From sequence record PP418986.1: 64,000 bases of DNA; one strand, written 5' to 3'. Of this stretch, positions 1 to 11,140 are shown one piece after another (positions within the stretch are counted from its first letter, which is position 1; the number at the start of each line of letters is the position of its first letter). Source of the stretch: Escherichia phage UPWr_E2. Below the pieces are notes generated by a model, which saw only the letters and a program-made list of their open reading frames with translations, ran no database searches and was not told where the DNA came from. A program made the position numbers and the translations under genes.

Positions 1-140
1 TTGTAATGGACTTTGCTGTTCTTGATCAAGAAAGAAAAGCTGAGTTAGCTCCTCATGTAGAAAAATGTATTACAATGCAACTGCAAGATGCATTCAATAA
101 AAGGTCAAAGAAAAAGTTTAAATTCTTTTAAGGAGTAAGT

Positions 141-1568
141 GTGGTAGAAATTATTCTTTCTCATCTCATATTTGATCAAGCTTATTTTTCAAAAGTTTGG
201 CCATATATGGATTCAGAATATTTTGAAAGTGGTCCAGCTAAAAATACATTCAAATTAATTAAATCTCATGTTAATGAGTATCATAGCGTTCCATCTATTA
301 ATGCGTTAAATGTTGCATTAGAAAATAGTTCATTTACTGAAACAGAATATTCTGGTGTAAAAACACTTATTTCAAAACTGGCTGATTCTCCGGAAGACCA
401 CAGTTGGTTAATAAAAGAAACAGAAAAATATGTTCAGCAAAGGGCGATGTTTAATGCTACGTCTAAAATAATCGAAATTCAAACTAATGCTGAGCTTCCT
501 CCGGAAAAACGAAATAAGAAAATGCCAGATGTAGGTGCTATTCCTGACATCATGCGCCAAGCATTATCAATTTCATTTGATAGTTACGTTGGTCATGATT
601 GGATGGATGACTACGAAGCACGTTGGCTATCTTATATGAATAAAGCTCGTAAGGTTCCATTTAGACTCAAAATTCTAAATAAAATTACTAAAGGTGGAGC
701 TGAAACTGGAACACTGAACGTTTTAATGGCTGGTGTTAACGTCGGTAAGTCATTAGGTCTGTGTTCATTGGCAGCAGATTATTTGCAGCTCGGACATAAT
801 GTTCTTTACATTTCCATGGAAATGGCAGAAGAAGTCTGTGCTAAGCGTATTGATGCTAATATGCTTGATGTTTCTCTTGATGACATTGATGACGGGCATA
901 TTTCTTACGCTGAGTATAAAGGAAAAATGGAAAAATGGCGCGAGAAATCTACTCTCGGTCGTTTAATAGTTAAACAGTATCCTACTGGTGGAGCAGATGC
1001 TAATACATTTCGATCGCTTTTAAACGAATTAAAGCTCAAGAAGAATTTTGTTCCAACAATCATTATTGTCGACTATCTGGGTATTTGTAAATCTTGCCGC
1101 ATTAGAGTTTACTCAGAAAATAGTTACACAACTGTTAAAGCCATTGCAGAGGAATTACGTGCTCTTGCTGTTGAAACCGAAACTGTTCTTTGGACTGCAG
1201 CACAGGTTGGTAAACAAGCTTGGGATTCTTCTGATGTTAACATGAGCGATATTGCAGAATCTGCCGGTCTTCCAGCAACAGCTGATTTTATGCTTGCGGT
1301 CATTGAAACCGAGGAGCTAGCAGCTGCTGAACAACAACTCATTAAGCAAATCAAATCACGATACGGTGATAAGAATAAATGGAATAAGTTTTTGATGGGT
1401 GTTCAAAAAGGAAATCAGAAATGGGTAGAAATTGAACAAGATTCTACTCCAACTGAAGTGAACGAAGTAGCAGGTTCACAGCAAATTCAGGCTGAACAGA
1501 ATCGCTATCAAAGAAACGAATCCGCTCGAGCTCAGTTAGATGCTTTGGCAAATGAATTAAAATTTTAG
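141..1568 (+). CDS. 41: replicative DNA helicase gp41 (DnaB-like)
   Basis: 475-aa ORF with Walker A (GVNVGKS); size and position match T4 gp41. Confidence 0.95.
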   Translation: MVEIILSHLIFDQAYFSKVWPYMDSEYFESGPAKNTFKLIKSHVNEYHSVPSINALNVALENSSFTETEYSGVKTLISKLADSPEDHSWLIKETEKYVQQRAMFNATSKIIEIQTNAELPPEKRNKKMPDVGAIPDIMRQALSISFDSYVGHDWMDDYEARWLSYMNKARKVPFRLKILNKITKGGAETGTLNVLMAGVNVGKSLGLCSLAADYLQLGHNVLYISMEMAEEVCAKRIDANMLDVSLDDIDDGHISYAEYKGKMEKWREKSTLGRLIVKQYPTGGADANTFRSLLNELKLKKNFVPTIIIVDYLGICKSCRIRVYSENSYTTVKAIAEELRALAVETETVLWTAAQVGKQAWDSSDVNMSDIAESAGLPATADFMLAVIETEELAAAEQQLIKQIKSRYGDKNKWNKFLMGVQKGNQKWVEIEQDSTPTEVNEVAGSQQIQAEQNRYQRNESARAQLDALANELKF

Positions 1569-1597
1569 TTTACAAGCTGACAAGACTATGGTATAGT
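1568..1597 (+). promoter_or_regulatory. T4-type early promoter
   Basis: GTTTAC -35 at 1568 and TATAGT -10 at 1592. Confidence 0.6.
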
Positions 1598-1626
1598 AGT
1601 CTTGTTGGTTAAATGAGGAGATTGTT

Positions 1627-1809
1627 ATGGAATTGGTAAAGGTAGTTTTTATGGGGTGGTTTAAGAACGAAAGCATGTTTACTAAAGAGATCACAATGAT
1701 GAAAGATGACGTTCAATGGGCTACTACTCAATATGCTGAAGTTAATAAAGCACTAGTTAAAGCTTTCATTGATGACAAGAAGGTATGTGAAGTGGATTGC
1801 CGAGGATAA
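1627..1809 (+). CDS. dmd: Dmd-like antitoxin (60 aa)
   Basis: 60-aa ORF beginning MELVKVVF, GAGGAG SD; position between 41 and 61 as T4 dmd. Confidence 0.7.
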   Translation: MELVKVVFMGWFKNESMFTKEITMMKDDVQWATTQYAEVNKALVKAFIDDKKVCEVDCRG

Positions 1810-1810
1810 T

Positions 1811-2068
1811 ATGCATATCGTTTTATTTAAACCTACTCCGTATAATGTCAGGAAAAATACTCAATTCAAAGCACTTATTGCAGATACGTGGGAATTAGTA
1901 TTAGATATTCCGGCAGAAGAAAGCCCTCCATTTGGTCGAGTGGAATTTATTAAGTTTGCTGTGCGCCCTACAAAGCGACAGATTCGTCAATGCAAAAGAT
2001 ACTTTCGTAAAATCGCCAAGTTAGAGAAACAGTTTGTAACATGTGATTATGCAGAAGTTTTAAAATAA
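1811..2068 (+). CDS. hypothetical protein (61.4-like position)
   Basis: 85-aa ORF from ATG 1811 preceded by GAGGA. Confidence 0.5.
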   Translation: MHIVLFKPTPYNVRKNTQFKALIADTWELVLDIPAEESPPFGRVEFIKFAVRPTKRQIRQCKRYFRKIAKLEKQFVTCDYAEVLK

Positions 2069-2070
2069 CT

Positions 2071-2103
2071 GTTTACTTTTATTGGAAATTGAGATACTAT
2101 ATA
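2071..2103 (+). promoter_or_regulatory. T4-type early promoter
   Basis: GTTTAC at 2071, TACTAT at 2095. Confidence 0.5.
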
Positions 2104-2128
2104 AACATAAACTACTGAGGAGATTATC

Positions 2129-2422
2129 ATGAAAAAATTTATCTTTGCTGCAATTTTTGCTTTATCTTCTTGCGCTGCTCAGCCTGCTATGGCGGGTTAT
2201 GACAAAGATTTGTGCGAATGGTCTATGACTGCAGATCAGACTGAAGTTGAAATTCAAATTGAAGCGGATATTATGAATATCGTTGAACGTGATCGTCCTG
2301 AAATGAAAGCTGAAGTGCAAAAACAACTTAAATCTGGTGGTGTAATGCAGTATAATTATGTTCTGTATTGCGATAAAAACTTTAATAATAAAAATATCAT
2401 CGCTGAAGTGGTAGGTGAGTAA
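2129..2422 (+). CDS. sp: secreted/lipoprotein-like protein, probable Spackle (Sp)
   Basis: 97-aa ORF with N-terminal signal sequence (MKKFIFAAIFALSSCAAQPAMA); size and position as T4 sp. Confidence 0.55.
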   Translation: MKKFIFAAIFALSSCAAQPAMAGYDKDLCEWSMTADQTEVEIQIEADIMNIVERDRPEMKAEVQKQLKSGGVMQYNYVLYCDKNFNNKNIIAEVVGE

Positions 2423-2434
2423 TTAGAGGTTAGT

Positions 2435-2791
2435 ATGTATAGTTCTGAATTTTCATATTTAAAAATGGAAAAAATTTCATACGATTTTATAGATGAAAAG
2501 GTTTATTACAGTTTCCATGAACCACGTTTTAATAGTGAGGTTGGGTTTATTGTAGTAAAAGACAATTTTATTTTAAAAATATATTCAGCATTAAAGGATT
2601 TTCATTACGAAAATATTAACCTAAAATTTAATAAAGAAAACGTTCGTAATTGTGCAGTAACAATTACAGGAAATAAAGGCACATGTGTTATGCTATCTGA
2701 TGAAATTAATGATTTGCTAAATGATGCCGAAAAGGTTGCTATTCCATCTATTGATGACCAAATTTTTAATGCTTTTATGAATAGAGGTTAA
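2435..2791 (+). CDS. hypothetical protein (61.2 position)
   Basis: 118-aa ORF in the 41-61 intergenic cluster. Confidence 0.45.
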   Translation: MYSSEFSYLKMEKISYDFIDEKVYYSFHEPRFNSEVGFIVVKDNFILKIYSALKDFHYENINLKFNKENVRNCAVTITGNKGTCVMLSDEINDLLNDAEKVAIPSIDDQIFNAFMNRG

Positions 2792-2792
2792 T

Positions 2793-2957
2793 ATGAAAAC
2801 ATATAAAGAATTTATTAAAGAAGATATGGTTGCTGGAGATTCAGGTGGTAATCCTGAAAATATCTCTACTGGAACAACATCAGGTGCTGTAGTAAATAAA
2901 GGTCCTGAACAGATTCCTAAAAAGAAAAAAGAGGAATCTAAAGAAAAAGAAGAGTAA
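2793..2957 (+). CDS. small acidic/lysine-rich protein (54 aa)
   Basis: ORF below 60 aa, not in the supplied track; ATG 2793, stop TAA 2955-2957; immediately upstream of gene 61. Confidence 0.4.
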   Translation: MKTYKEFIKEDMVAGDSGGNPENISTGTTSGAVVNKGPEQIPKKKKEESKEKEE

Positions 2958-2960
2958 AGA

Positions 2961-3989
2961 ATGTCATCAATAGCTTGGATTGATAATGAGTTTGCATATC
3001 GTGCATTAGCTCATTTACCTAAATTCACACAAGTAAATAATAGTTCAACTTTTAAATTACGGTTTAGATGCCCAGTTTGTGGAGATTCAAAAACCGACCA
3101 AAATAAAGCGCGTGGATGGTATTATGGTGATAATAATGAAGGAAATATTCATTGTTATAACTGTAACTATCATGCGCCAATCGGAATATATTTAAAGGAG
3201 TTTGAACCTGATTTATATCGTGAGTATATCTTTGAAATAAGAAAAGAAAAAGGTAAAAGTCGTCCAGTAGAAAAACCTAAAGAACTTCCTAAACATCCTG
3301 AGAAGAAAATAATTAAATCTCTTCCGTCATGTGTTAGATTAGATAAACTGGCGGAAGACCATCCAATTATAAAATATGTAAAAGCTCGTTGTATTCCAAA
3401 GGATAAATGGAAATATCTTTGGTTTACAACCGAATGGCCTAAATTAGTTAATAGCATAGCACCGGGAACATACAAAAAGGAAATTTCTGAGCCTCGTCTT
3501 GTTATTCCAATTTATAATGCTAATGGAAAAGCTGAGTCTTTTCAAGGACGTGCATTAAAGAAAGATGCTCCTCAAAAATATATCACCATCAAAGCTTATC
3601 CTGAGGCAACAAAAATATATGGAGTCGAACGAGTTAAAGATGGTGATGTATATGTTCTAGAAGGACCTATAGATTCACTTTTTATTGAAAATGGTATAGC
3701 TATTACGGGTGGTCAATTAGACCTAGAAGTTGTTCCATTTAAAGATAGACGAGTGTGGGTTTTAGATAATGAGCCTCGTCACCCTGACACTATCAAGCGA
3801 ATGACTAAATTAGTTGATGCAGGAGAAAGGGTTATGTTTTGGGATAAATCTCCCTGGAAATCAAAAGATGTTAATGATATGATTAGAAAGGAAGGTGCAA
3901 CCCCTGAACAAATTATGGAATATATGAAAAATAATATTGCCCAGGGGTTAATGGCTAAAATGCGGTTATCTAAATATGCCAAGATTTAA
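2961..3989 (+). CDS. 61: DNA primase gp61
   Basis: 342 aa; Cys-rich zinc-ribbon region (CPVCGDS...CYNCNYH); matches T4 gp61. Confidence 0.95.
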   Translation: MSSIAWIDNEFAYRALAHLPKFTQVNNSSTFKLRFRCPVCGDSKTDQNKARGWYYGDNNEGNIHCYNCNYHAPIGIYLKEFEPDLYREYIFEIRKEKGKSRPVEKPKELPKHPEKKIIKSLPSCVRLDKLAEDHPIIKYVKARCIPKDKWKYLWFTTEWPKLVNSIAPGTYKKEISEPRLVIPIYNANGKAESFQGRALKKDAPQKYITIKAYPEATKIYGVERVKDGDVYVLEGPIDSLFIENGIAITGGQLDLEVVPFKDRRVWVLDNEPRHPDTIKRMTKLVDAGERVMFWDKSPWKSKDVNDMIRKEGATPEQIMEYMKNNIAQGLMAKMRLSKYAKI

Positions 3990-4186
3990 ATTAACCCAAC
4001 TAAAGCAAATGCTAAATCTACGAATGTATCAAGAGTAACTACTGGAATATTAATACCATGTGCAATTGCAATGGGTGATAAAATAAAGTTCCAGAGTAAA
4101 ATTCCTACCATAGCAGAAATAGTAAAAGCTATACGTTTTTTATTACCTTTTATGGCATCAACAAGTGCCATTAATTTTTGTGCCAT
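3986..4186 (-). CDS. small hydrophobic membrane protein (66 aa)
   Basis: Minus-strand ORF with AAGGAGG SD 5 nt upstream of ATG; hydrophobic sequence. Confidence 0.4.
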   Translation of the reverse strand: MAQKLMALVDAIKGNKKRIAFTISAMVGILLWNFILSPIAIAHGINIPVVTLDTFVDLAFALVGLI

Positions 4187-4230
4187 GTGTCCTCCTTTAA
4201 ATTAATATTTATCACAAATTTCATAAATTT

Positions 4231-4263
4231 GTTTACTTTCTCAGCTTGTTATGGTATTATAAA
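4231..4263 (+). promoter_or_regulatory. T4-type early promoter
   Basis: GTTTAC at 4231, TGGTATTATAAA -10 region. Confidence 0.6.
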
Positions 4264-4285
4264 ATAAATTGCTGAGGATGATATA

Positions 4286-5625
<1,340 letters not shown>

Positions 5626-5685
5626 TTGCTTACATACTCAAATGATATAATTATTTAACTTATTGATGAATTGAAAGGAAAAATA

Positions 5686-6204
5686 ATGGCTTACTTTAAC
5701 GAATGTAGTCAACTGATCGAAGGCGCTGATAAAGCTCAAAATGAATATTGGGATATTCTCGGTGATGAAAAAGACCCGCTGCAGGTAATGCTTGACATGC
5801 AGAAATCTCTGCAGATTCGTTTAGCTAAAGATAAACCTGAATATAACCGTCATCCTGATGATTTGGCTACTGCAGGTGAAGTTGTTGATTGGCTGCGTAA
5901 TCAGAAAGATTATATTGATGATGAATTCCGCGAACTTCTGACTTCTCTTGGTGGTATGAGCAATGGTGAAAAAGATGCATCTGCTGTATGGAAGCCTTGG
6001 AAAGCTCAACATGGTGAACGACGTGAAACTCTGATTACTGATTTGTCTCCACAAGACCAGTTGGAAATTAAATTCGAAATGATTGATATTCTTCATTTCG
6101 TTCTGAACATGTTCCAAGGCCTCGGTCTTACGGCTGAAGAAATCTTTAAACTTTATTATCTGAAAAATGCTGAAAATTTCGCTCGTCAAGACCGAGGTTA
6201 TTAA
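5686..6204 (+). CDS. 56: dCTP pyrophosphatase gp56
   Basis: ORF starting MAYFNECSQLIEG; size and position match T4 gp56. Confidence 0.9.
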   Translation: MAYFNECSQLIEGADKAQNEYWDILGDEKDPLQVMLDMQKSLQIRLAKDKPEYNRHPDDLATAGEVVDWLRNQKDYIDDEFRELLTSLGGMSNGEKDASAVWKPWKAQHGERRETLITDLSPQDQLEIKFEMIDILHFVLNMFQGLGLTAEEIFKLYYLKNAENFARQDRGY

Positions 6205-6234
6205 CAGCTCGTCTTAAAAGCCGCGAGAATTTAT

Positions 6235-6242
6235 TATAAATA
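6235..6242 (+). promoter_or_regulatory. late promoter TATAAATA (soc)
   Basis: Exact TATAAATA about 30 nt upstream of soc start. Confidence 0.65.
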
Positions 6243-6272
6243 ATCATGTAATTTAAATAAAAGGAGAATTAC

Positions 6273-6518
6273 ATGGCTAGTACTCGCGGTTATGTTAATA
6301 TCAAAACATTTGAGCAGAAATTAGATGGAAATAAGAAAATTGAAGGAAAGGAAATTTCAGTAGCTTTCCCTCTTTATTCTGACGTTCACAAAATTTCTGG
6401 TGCTCATTACCAGATATTCCCTTCAGAAAAAGCAGCATATTCTACAGTATATGAAGAAAATCAACGTGCTGCATGGATTGCTGCAAATGAAGATTTGTGG
6501 AAAGTAACTGGTGAATAA
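6273..6518 (+). CDS. soc: small outer capsid protein Soc
   Basis: 80 aa beginning MASTRGYVNIKTFEQKLDG; matches T4 Soc. Confidence 0.9.
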   Translation: MASTRGYVNIKTFEQKLDGNKKIEGKEISVAFPLYSDVHKISGAHYQIFPSEKAAYSTVYEENQRAAWIAANEDLWKVTGE

Positions 6519-6523
6519 ATTTA

Positions 6524-6548
6524 AGGACTCCTTCGGGAGTCCTTTTTT
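6524..6548 (+). terminator. rho-independent terminator
   Basis: AGGACTCC TTCG GGAGTCCT hairpin followed by T-run. Confidence 0.8.
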
Positions 6549-6558
6549 CATTTAAACG

Positions 6559-6588
6559 GTTTACTTTCCAAAATGAGTATGGTATAAT
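6559..6588 (+). promoter_or_regulatory. T4-type early promoter
   Basis: GTTTAC at 6559, TGGTATAAT at 6580-6588. Confidence 0.7.
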
Positions 6589-6614
6589 AAAAATATCTTA
6601 TAGAGGAGAACACC

Positions 6615-6827
6615 ATGTTAAATCGTTGGATTAAACCAAATGAAGACCTCCAGAAGGTTCTTGATAAAGCTATCTCTGATAAATGGGGTATGAAAAGCTG
6701 GGATTGTGATATCGTCACGCATTCATTCATGATGCATGCAGATGGTTCAGTCGAGTTCAATGCTGAAATGCGATACACTGACTGGGGTGGATTTCAAAGA
6801 GTCGAATTTCAAAGAGGCTTTTTGTAA
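6615..6827 (+). CDS. hypothetical protein
   Basis: 70-aa ORF downstream of early promoter. Confidence 0.4.
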   Translation: MLNRWIKPNEDLQKVLDKAISDKWGMKSWDCDIVTHSFMMHADGSVEFNAEMRYTDWGGFQRVEFQRGFL

Positions 6828-7168
6828 TGTTTATCTTTAATTGGTTTAAAAATTTCTTTACAGATTTTTTCTCTACGACTCCTGGAGAAGGTGTAGTTCC
6901 TATTTCAAATGACTACCTTCCTTTAACTGTAGTTGAGTATGTTTATATGGGAGATGGAACAGTAGAAGCAGTTACTATGACTTATGAAGAAGCCCAAGAA
7001 TATTATAAAAATCCTTGGCGCTGGTCAACACCTACTACATCATCTAATGCACAGAAAACACAGTCTAGTTCTGATTCATATGATACAAATGTTCCTGTTC
7101 ATGTATGGACGGGCGATTCATGTGGAAGTTCTTGTGATTCTAGTTGTTCATCTACATCTTGTGATTGA
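6827..7168 (+). CDS. hypothetical protein with Cys/Ser-rich C-terminal tail
   Basis: 113-aa ORF ending [18 protein letters not shown]. Confidence 0.4.
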   Translation: MFIFNWFKNFFTDFFSTTPGEGVVPISNDYLPLTVVEYVYMGDGTVEAVTMTYEEAQEYYKNPWRWSTPTTSSNAQKTQSSSDSYDTNVPVHVWTGDSCGSSCDSSCSSTSCD

Positions 7169-7662
7169 GGAAAATTATGGAAGCAATTTTGTTTGAAATG
7201 TCTATCAATAGTATTAGTATGGCGTTTGTCAAGGATGTTCCAATTACCGTAGCAGTAATGATTGATAAAAGATATGACAATAACATGTATCTAGTAGAAG
7301 ATTTTATTTCAATGCAAATTCCAGAAGATGTTGAAATAAAACTTAAAAAGATCGGAATTATTGAAACTGTACAAAATTCTCCATTTATGGCAATTCAAGC
7401 ATTTACTAAATCTAACTATATTGATGTTAGTGAAGCATATTATAATAATAAACCGTTATCCTTCTATTCATATGATTCAATATATGATTGGAAAATAGAT
7501 AAAGGAAATAAATTTATAATTACGGACGAAAGTGCGCTATCATATTTTATTACCTCTTTATGGAATAAGTTAAATCCAAATTTACTAAAAATTCATAAAT
7601 TTGACGATGCTCCTACTATTGTTTTAGGTAAAATAAATGAAAGCTCTCAAGAAGATTCTTGA
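7165..7662 (+). CDS. hypothetical protein
   Basis: 165-aa ORF, start overlaps upstream stop. Confidence 0.4.
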   Translation: MRKIMEAILFEMSINSISMAFVKDVPITVAVMIDKRYDNNMYLVEDFISMQIPEDVEIKLKKIGIIETVQNSPFMAIQAFTKSNYIDVSEAYYNNKPLSFYSYDSIYDWKIDKGNKFIITDESALSYFITSLWNKLNPNLLKIHKFDDAPTIVLGKINESSQEDS

Positions 7663-7840
7663 ATGGTTCAATAGACCAAACTCGATGTATATTGACGATG
7701 GTTGGGTTGAACAAGCAAATAAAGAAATGCAGAACGAATCGGAAGAATGGATGAAATCAATGATTAGTGCTGAGAAAGAAAAGAAATTAGAACGCTCAGC
7801 GCTTAAATTGATGAGAGACATCTATGGTGATAAATCATGA
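7637..7840 (+). CDS. hypothetical protein
   Basis: 67-aa ORF. Confidence 0.3.
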   Translation: MKALKKILEWFNRPNSMYIDDGWVEQANKEMQNESEEWMKSMISAEKEKKLERSALKLMRDIYGDKS

Positions 7841-7993
7841 ACAAAGATATGACATTGGAAGAAGCTAAAGCAAAAGCAAATGAAGCACTGGATTTGCTTC
7901 TTAAAATTGGCAGTAAAATGATGGAAGAAAATGAGAAATATATCCAGGAAAACAAAATTCCCGATGGTCCATTAGTAGGCAAAAGGAAATCAC

Positions 7994-8476
7994 ATGATTG
8001 AAGTAGCAAAACATTATTCAATAGAATTTATGTCTAAAGAAGGTAAATCAGTAAATACACTTGATAAAAAATGCTCATTAATTATTCCTTTAGCAGAAAA
8101 TCCGGATTTTTTAATTAAAGATATAAAAGAAAGAAAATATCCAGAAAATATTATTCTAATTATAAAGCATACTGAAGATATTTTGCAGAATACTGATTCA
8201 CCGTTTTCTTCTTCTGAAGCTTTAACTATTAAAGGCTATAAAAGAGCTCATGAATATGGTCTTTTTAACCTGTTTGAAGATGATAAAGTTAAATTAGCAC
8301 TTAATTTAGCAGGTCAACCTTCTAAAAGTAAAACATTCATCATTGAAGATATTAAAGACATAAATGCATTTGTTAAGATGGTCTGGGCCCATTTTGATGT
8401 TGGACTACGCTGGAGAATGTCCGAAGAAGAAAGAAAGATTATTGAAGCTAATCGTCAATTTGGTTTTTATCGCTAG
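7994..8476 (+). CDS. hypothetical protein (mrh-like position and size)
   Basis: 160-aa ORF upstream of modB. Confidence 0.4.
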   Translation: MIEVAKHYSIEFMSKEGKSVNTLDKKCSLIIPLAENPDFLIKDIKERKYPENIILIIKHTEDILQNTDSPFSSSEALTIKGYKRAHEYGLFNLFEDDKVKLALNLAGQPSKSKTFIIEDIKDINAFVKMVWAHFDVGLRWRMSEEERKIIEANRQFGFYR

Positions 8477-8484
8477 GAATTAAT

Positions 8485-8667
8485 ATGGATTTATTTGAGA
8501 TGTTAGAAGATAATCATTCTACGAATAACCAGAATGATTCTAGTGATTATAAGAAAGAGTACCGTATAGTATTACAGAATTATGGAATTGAAGCCCCAGA
8601 TGCTCTTCTAGAAGAACTAGCTTCATACCATCTTGACCCTCCGCCTTGGGCTCCCTGGGCAAAATAA
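8485..8667 (+). CDS. hypothetical protein
   Basis: 60-aa ORF. Confidence 0.3.
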   Translation: MDLFEMLEDNHSTNNQNDSSDYKKEYRIVLQNYGIEAPDALLEELASYHLDPPPWAPWAK

Positions 8668-8678
8668 TTCAAAAAGTT

Positions 8679-8708
8679 GTTTACTTTCCTTTCTAACGAT
8701 GATATGAT
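8679..8708 (+). promoter_or_regulatory. T4-type early promoter
   Basis: GTTTAC at 8679, TATGAT at 8703. Confidence 0.55.
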
Positions 8709-8734
8709 AGTTTCTGAAGTATACGGAGGCTATC

Positions 8735-9358
8735 ATGATTATTAATCTTGCAGATGTTGAACAGTTATCTATAAAAGCTGAAAGCGTTGATTTTCAATAT
8801 GATATGTATAAAAAAGTCTGTGAAAAATTTACTGACTTTGAGCAGTCAATTCTTTGGCAATGTATGGAAGCTAAAAAGAATGAAGCTCTTCATCGGCAGT
8901 TGAATAAAATCGTTAAAAAGCATTTAACTAAATCACCTTATCAGTTATATCGTGGTATATCAAAATCGACAAAAGAACTCATTAAAGATTTACAAGTTGG
9001 AGAAGTGTTTTCAACGAATAGGGTAGATTCATTTACTACTAGTTTGCACACAGCATGTGGTTTTTCTTATGTTGAGTATTTCACTGAAATAATATTTCGC
9101 TTAAAAACTGATAAAGCTTTTAATTATTCTGACCATATCAGCGATATTATACTTTCTTCTCCTAATACTGAGTTTAAGTACACGTATGAAGATACTGATG
9201 GGCTAGATTCAGAGCGTACTGATAACTTAATGATGATTGTGCGTGAACAAGAATGGATGATTCCAATTGGAAAGTATAGAATAACTTCTATTTCAAAAGA
9301 AAAATTACACGATTCATTTGGAACATTTAAAGTTTATGATATTGAGGTAGTTGAATGA
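8735..9358 (+). CDS. modB: ADP-ribosyltransferase ModB-like
   Basis: 207 aa; first of two paralogous ORFs upstream of srd and dda, as in T4. Confidence 0.6.
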   Translation: MIINLADVEQLSIKAESVDFQYDMYKKVCEKFTDFEQSILWQCMEAKKNEALHRQLNKIVKKHLTKSPYQLYRGISKSTKELIKDLQVGEVFSTNRVDSFTTSLHTACGFSYVEYFTEIIFRLKTDKAFNYSDHISDIILSSPNTEFKYTYEDTDGLDSERTDNLMMIVREQEWMIPIGKYRITSISKEKLHDSFGTFKVYDIEVVE

Positions 9359-9957
9359 AATACTCAGTAATGCAACTAAAAGATTTTAAAATAAAATCAA
9401 TGGATGCATCTGTGCGTGCTTCTATTCGTGAAGAATTACTTTCTGAAGGATTTAATTTATCTGAAATTGAACTTTTAATTCATTGTATTACTAATAAACC
9501 AGATGACCATACTTGGTTAAATGAAATAATCAAATCTCGTTTGGAACCAAACGATAAACCTCTTTGGAGAGGTGTTCCAGCTGAGACTAAGCAGGTGTTA
9601 AATCAAGGAATTGATATTATTACATTTGATAAAGTCGTATCAGCTTCATATGATAAAAATATAGCTCTACATTTTGCTTCCGGTTTAGAGTATAACACAC
9701 AAGTTATTTTTGAATTCAAAGCTCCTATGGTATTCAATTTCCAGGAGTATGCTATAAAAGCTCTACGCTGTAAAGAATACAATCCAAACTTTAAGTTTCC
9801 GGATAGTCATCGTTATCGTAATATGGAATTAGTTTCAGATGAACAAGAAGTAATGATACCAGCTGGAAGTGTATTTAGAATTGCAGATAGATATGAGTAT
9901 AAAAAGTGTTCAACATACACTATCTATACTCTTGATTTTGAAGGATTTAATCTATAA
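9355..9957 (+). CDS. modA: ADP-ribosyltransferase ModA-like
   Basis: 200 aa; paralog of upstream ORF; T4 modA position. Confidence 0.6.
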   Translation: MKYSVMQLKDFKIKSMDASVRASIREELLSEGFNLSEIELLIHCITNKPDDHTWLNEIIKSRLEPNDKPLWRGVPAETKQVLNQGIDIITFDKVVSASYDKNIALHFASGLEYNTQVIFEFKAPMVFNFQEYAIKALRCKEYNPNFKFPDSHRYRNMELVSDEQEVMIPAGSVFRIADRYEYKKCSTYTIYTLDFEGFNL

Positions 9958-10014
9958 TGGAAGGACTTAGATTCATTATACCATGAAAGTTTTAAAGCAT
10001 TTTTACATAAAGTT

Positions 10015-10049
10015 GTTTACAAGTTAAGGTAAAAATGTTATAGTATAAG
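10015..10049 (+). promoter_or_regulatory. T4-type early promoter
   Basis: GTTTAC at 10015, TATAGTATAAG -10 region. Confidence 0.6.
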
Positions 10050-10080
10050 TAGTTAACCGTCCGTAAGATGTGAGAAAAAT

Positions 10081-10827
10081 ATGAAGCTGTCTAATAACCA
10101 AATTCGTAAAATTAAACGTCGTCTAGAGCATACTCAGGCATCTGCAAAAAGACGTTCTAAAGATTTTAACTTAGACTTCAATTACATTAAGAACATTTTA
10201 GATCAAAAAGTTTGTGCTTACTCGGGAGAACCTTTTGATAATCGTATTGAAGGAGAGAAATTATCATTAGAACGTTTTGATAATAACGTTGGATACATTA
10301 AAGGGAATGTTATTGCAGTAAAGAAAAAGTACAATACATTTCGTTCTGATTATACTTTAGAAGAGTTGATTGAAAAGCGTGATTTATTTGCTTTGCGAAT
10401 TGGTCGTTCATCTGCGAAAAAAGTTCATAAACTAAATTTAGATGAAAAGAAATGGGCTAAAATCAAAAAGACTTATAATCAAATTAAAGCTATACAGAAA
10501 AAACGTGAAAACCGAATTGAACACATTTCTCAGCTTTCTAAATCAAAACAGACCTCTGACATTAAGCTAAGGATTATAGCACTTAAAGCTCGTATTGATG
10601 GTTCTCGCATAGCAGAAGGCGCTGAAGTTGTTAAATTGAACGTTCTTCTTAAAGGCTCGGATTGGAAAATTGTGAAAAAGTTGTCAGAAGCAGAAATGCA
10701 ATATGATATGTGTGATAAAATTATTCAAGGTGTAGAGCGGTATCAAAACTTGTCTTTTATTGATAAACTTAAACTGAAAAGAGGATATCCGCTAAATTGT
10801 TCAATTTTTAAACTTATCCGAGGATAA
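10081..10827 (+). CDS. srd: Srd-like protein
   Basis: 248-aa basic ORF between modA and dda.1. Confidence 0.5.
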   Translation: MKLSNNQIRKIKRRLEHTQASAKRRSKDFNLDFNYIKNILDQKVCAYSGEPFDNRIEGEKLSLERFDNNVGYIKGNVIAVKKKYNTFRSDYTLEELIEKRDLFALRIGRSSAKKVHKLNLDEKKWAKIKKTYNQIKAIQKKRENRIEHISQLSKSKQTSDIKLRIIALKARIDGSRIAEGAEVVKLNVLLKGSDWKIVKKLSEAEMQYDMCDKIIQGVERYQNLSFIDKLKLKRGYPLNCSIFKLIRG

Positions 10828-10828
10828 T

Positions 10829-11140
10829 ATGGTTTATGTATATGCGATAGTTTACCGAGACAAAGACGGATTTACGGCGCCAGTTCCGCTTGATGAACAT
10901 CGTCCTGCTGTATTTTTTGAATGGAATATTGCTGATAAAGTATTTACTACTCTTAAAGAGCAGTATCGATTAGCTTTAGGTAAGGGAATTCCAAGATTAG
11001 TTGAGACTCCACGTAAATTTTGGTTTAATAAAATAGAAGTTAAACATGTTAAGCCTGACGTAGACACGCAAAGATTATATCAGCGAATTTTAGATACTGG
11101 GCGTATTGTTAGTATACCAATTGCAGGGAATTTACGATGA
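10829..11140 (+). CDS. hypothetical protein (dda.1 position)
   Basis: 103-aa ORF overlapping dda start. Confidence 0.45.
   Translation: MVYVYAIVYRDKDGFTAPVPLDEHRPAVFFEWNIADKVFTTLKEQYRLALGKGIPRLVETPRKFWFNKIEVKHVKPDVDTQRLYQRILDTGRIVSIPIAGNLR

Noticed and set aside
1048-1354. Nested ORFs (1048-1245 +, 1124-1354 -) inside gene 41
   Set aside because: They lie within a well-supported helicase CDS in alternative frames or antisense, with no SD and non-protein-like composition.
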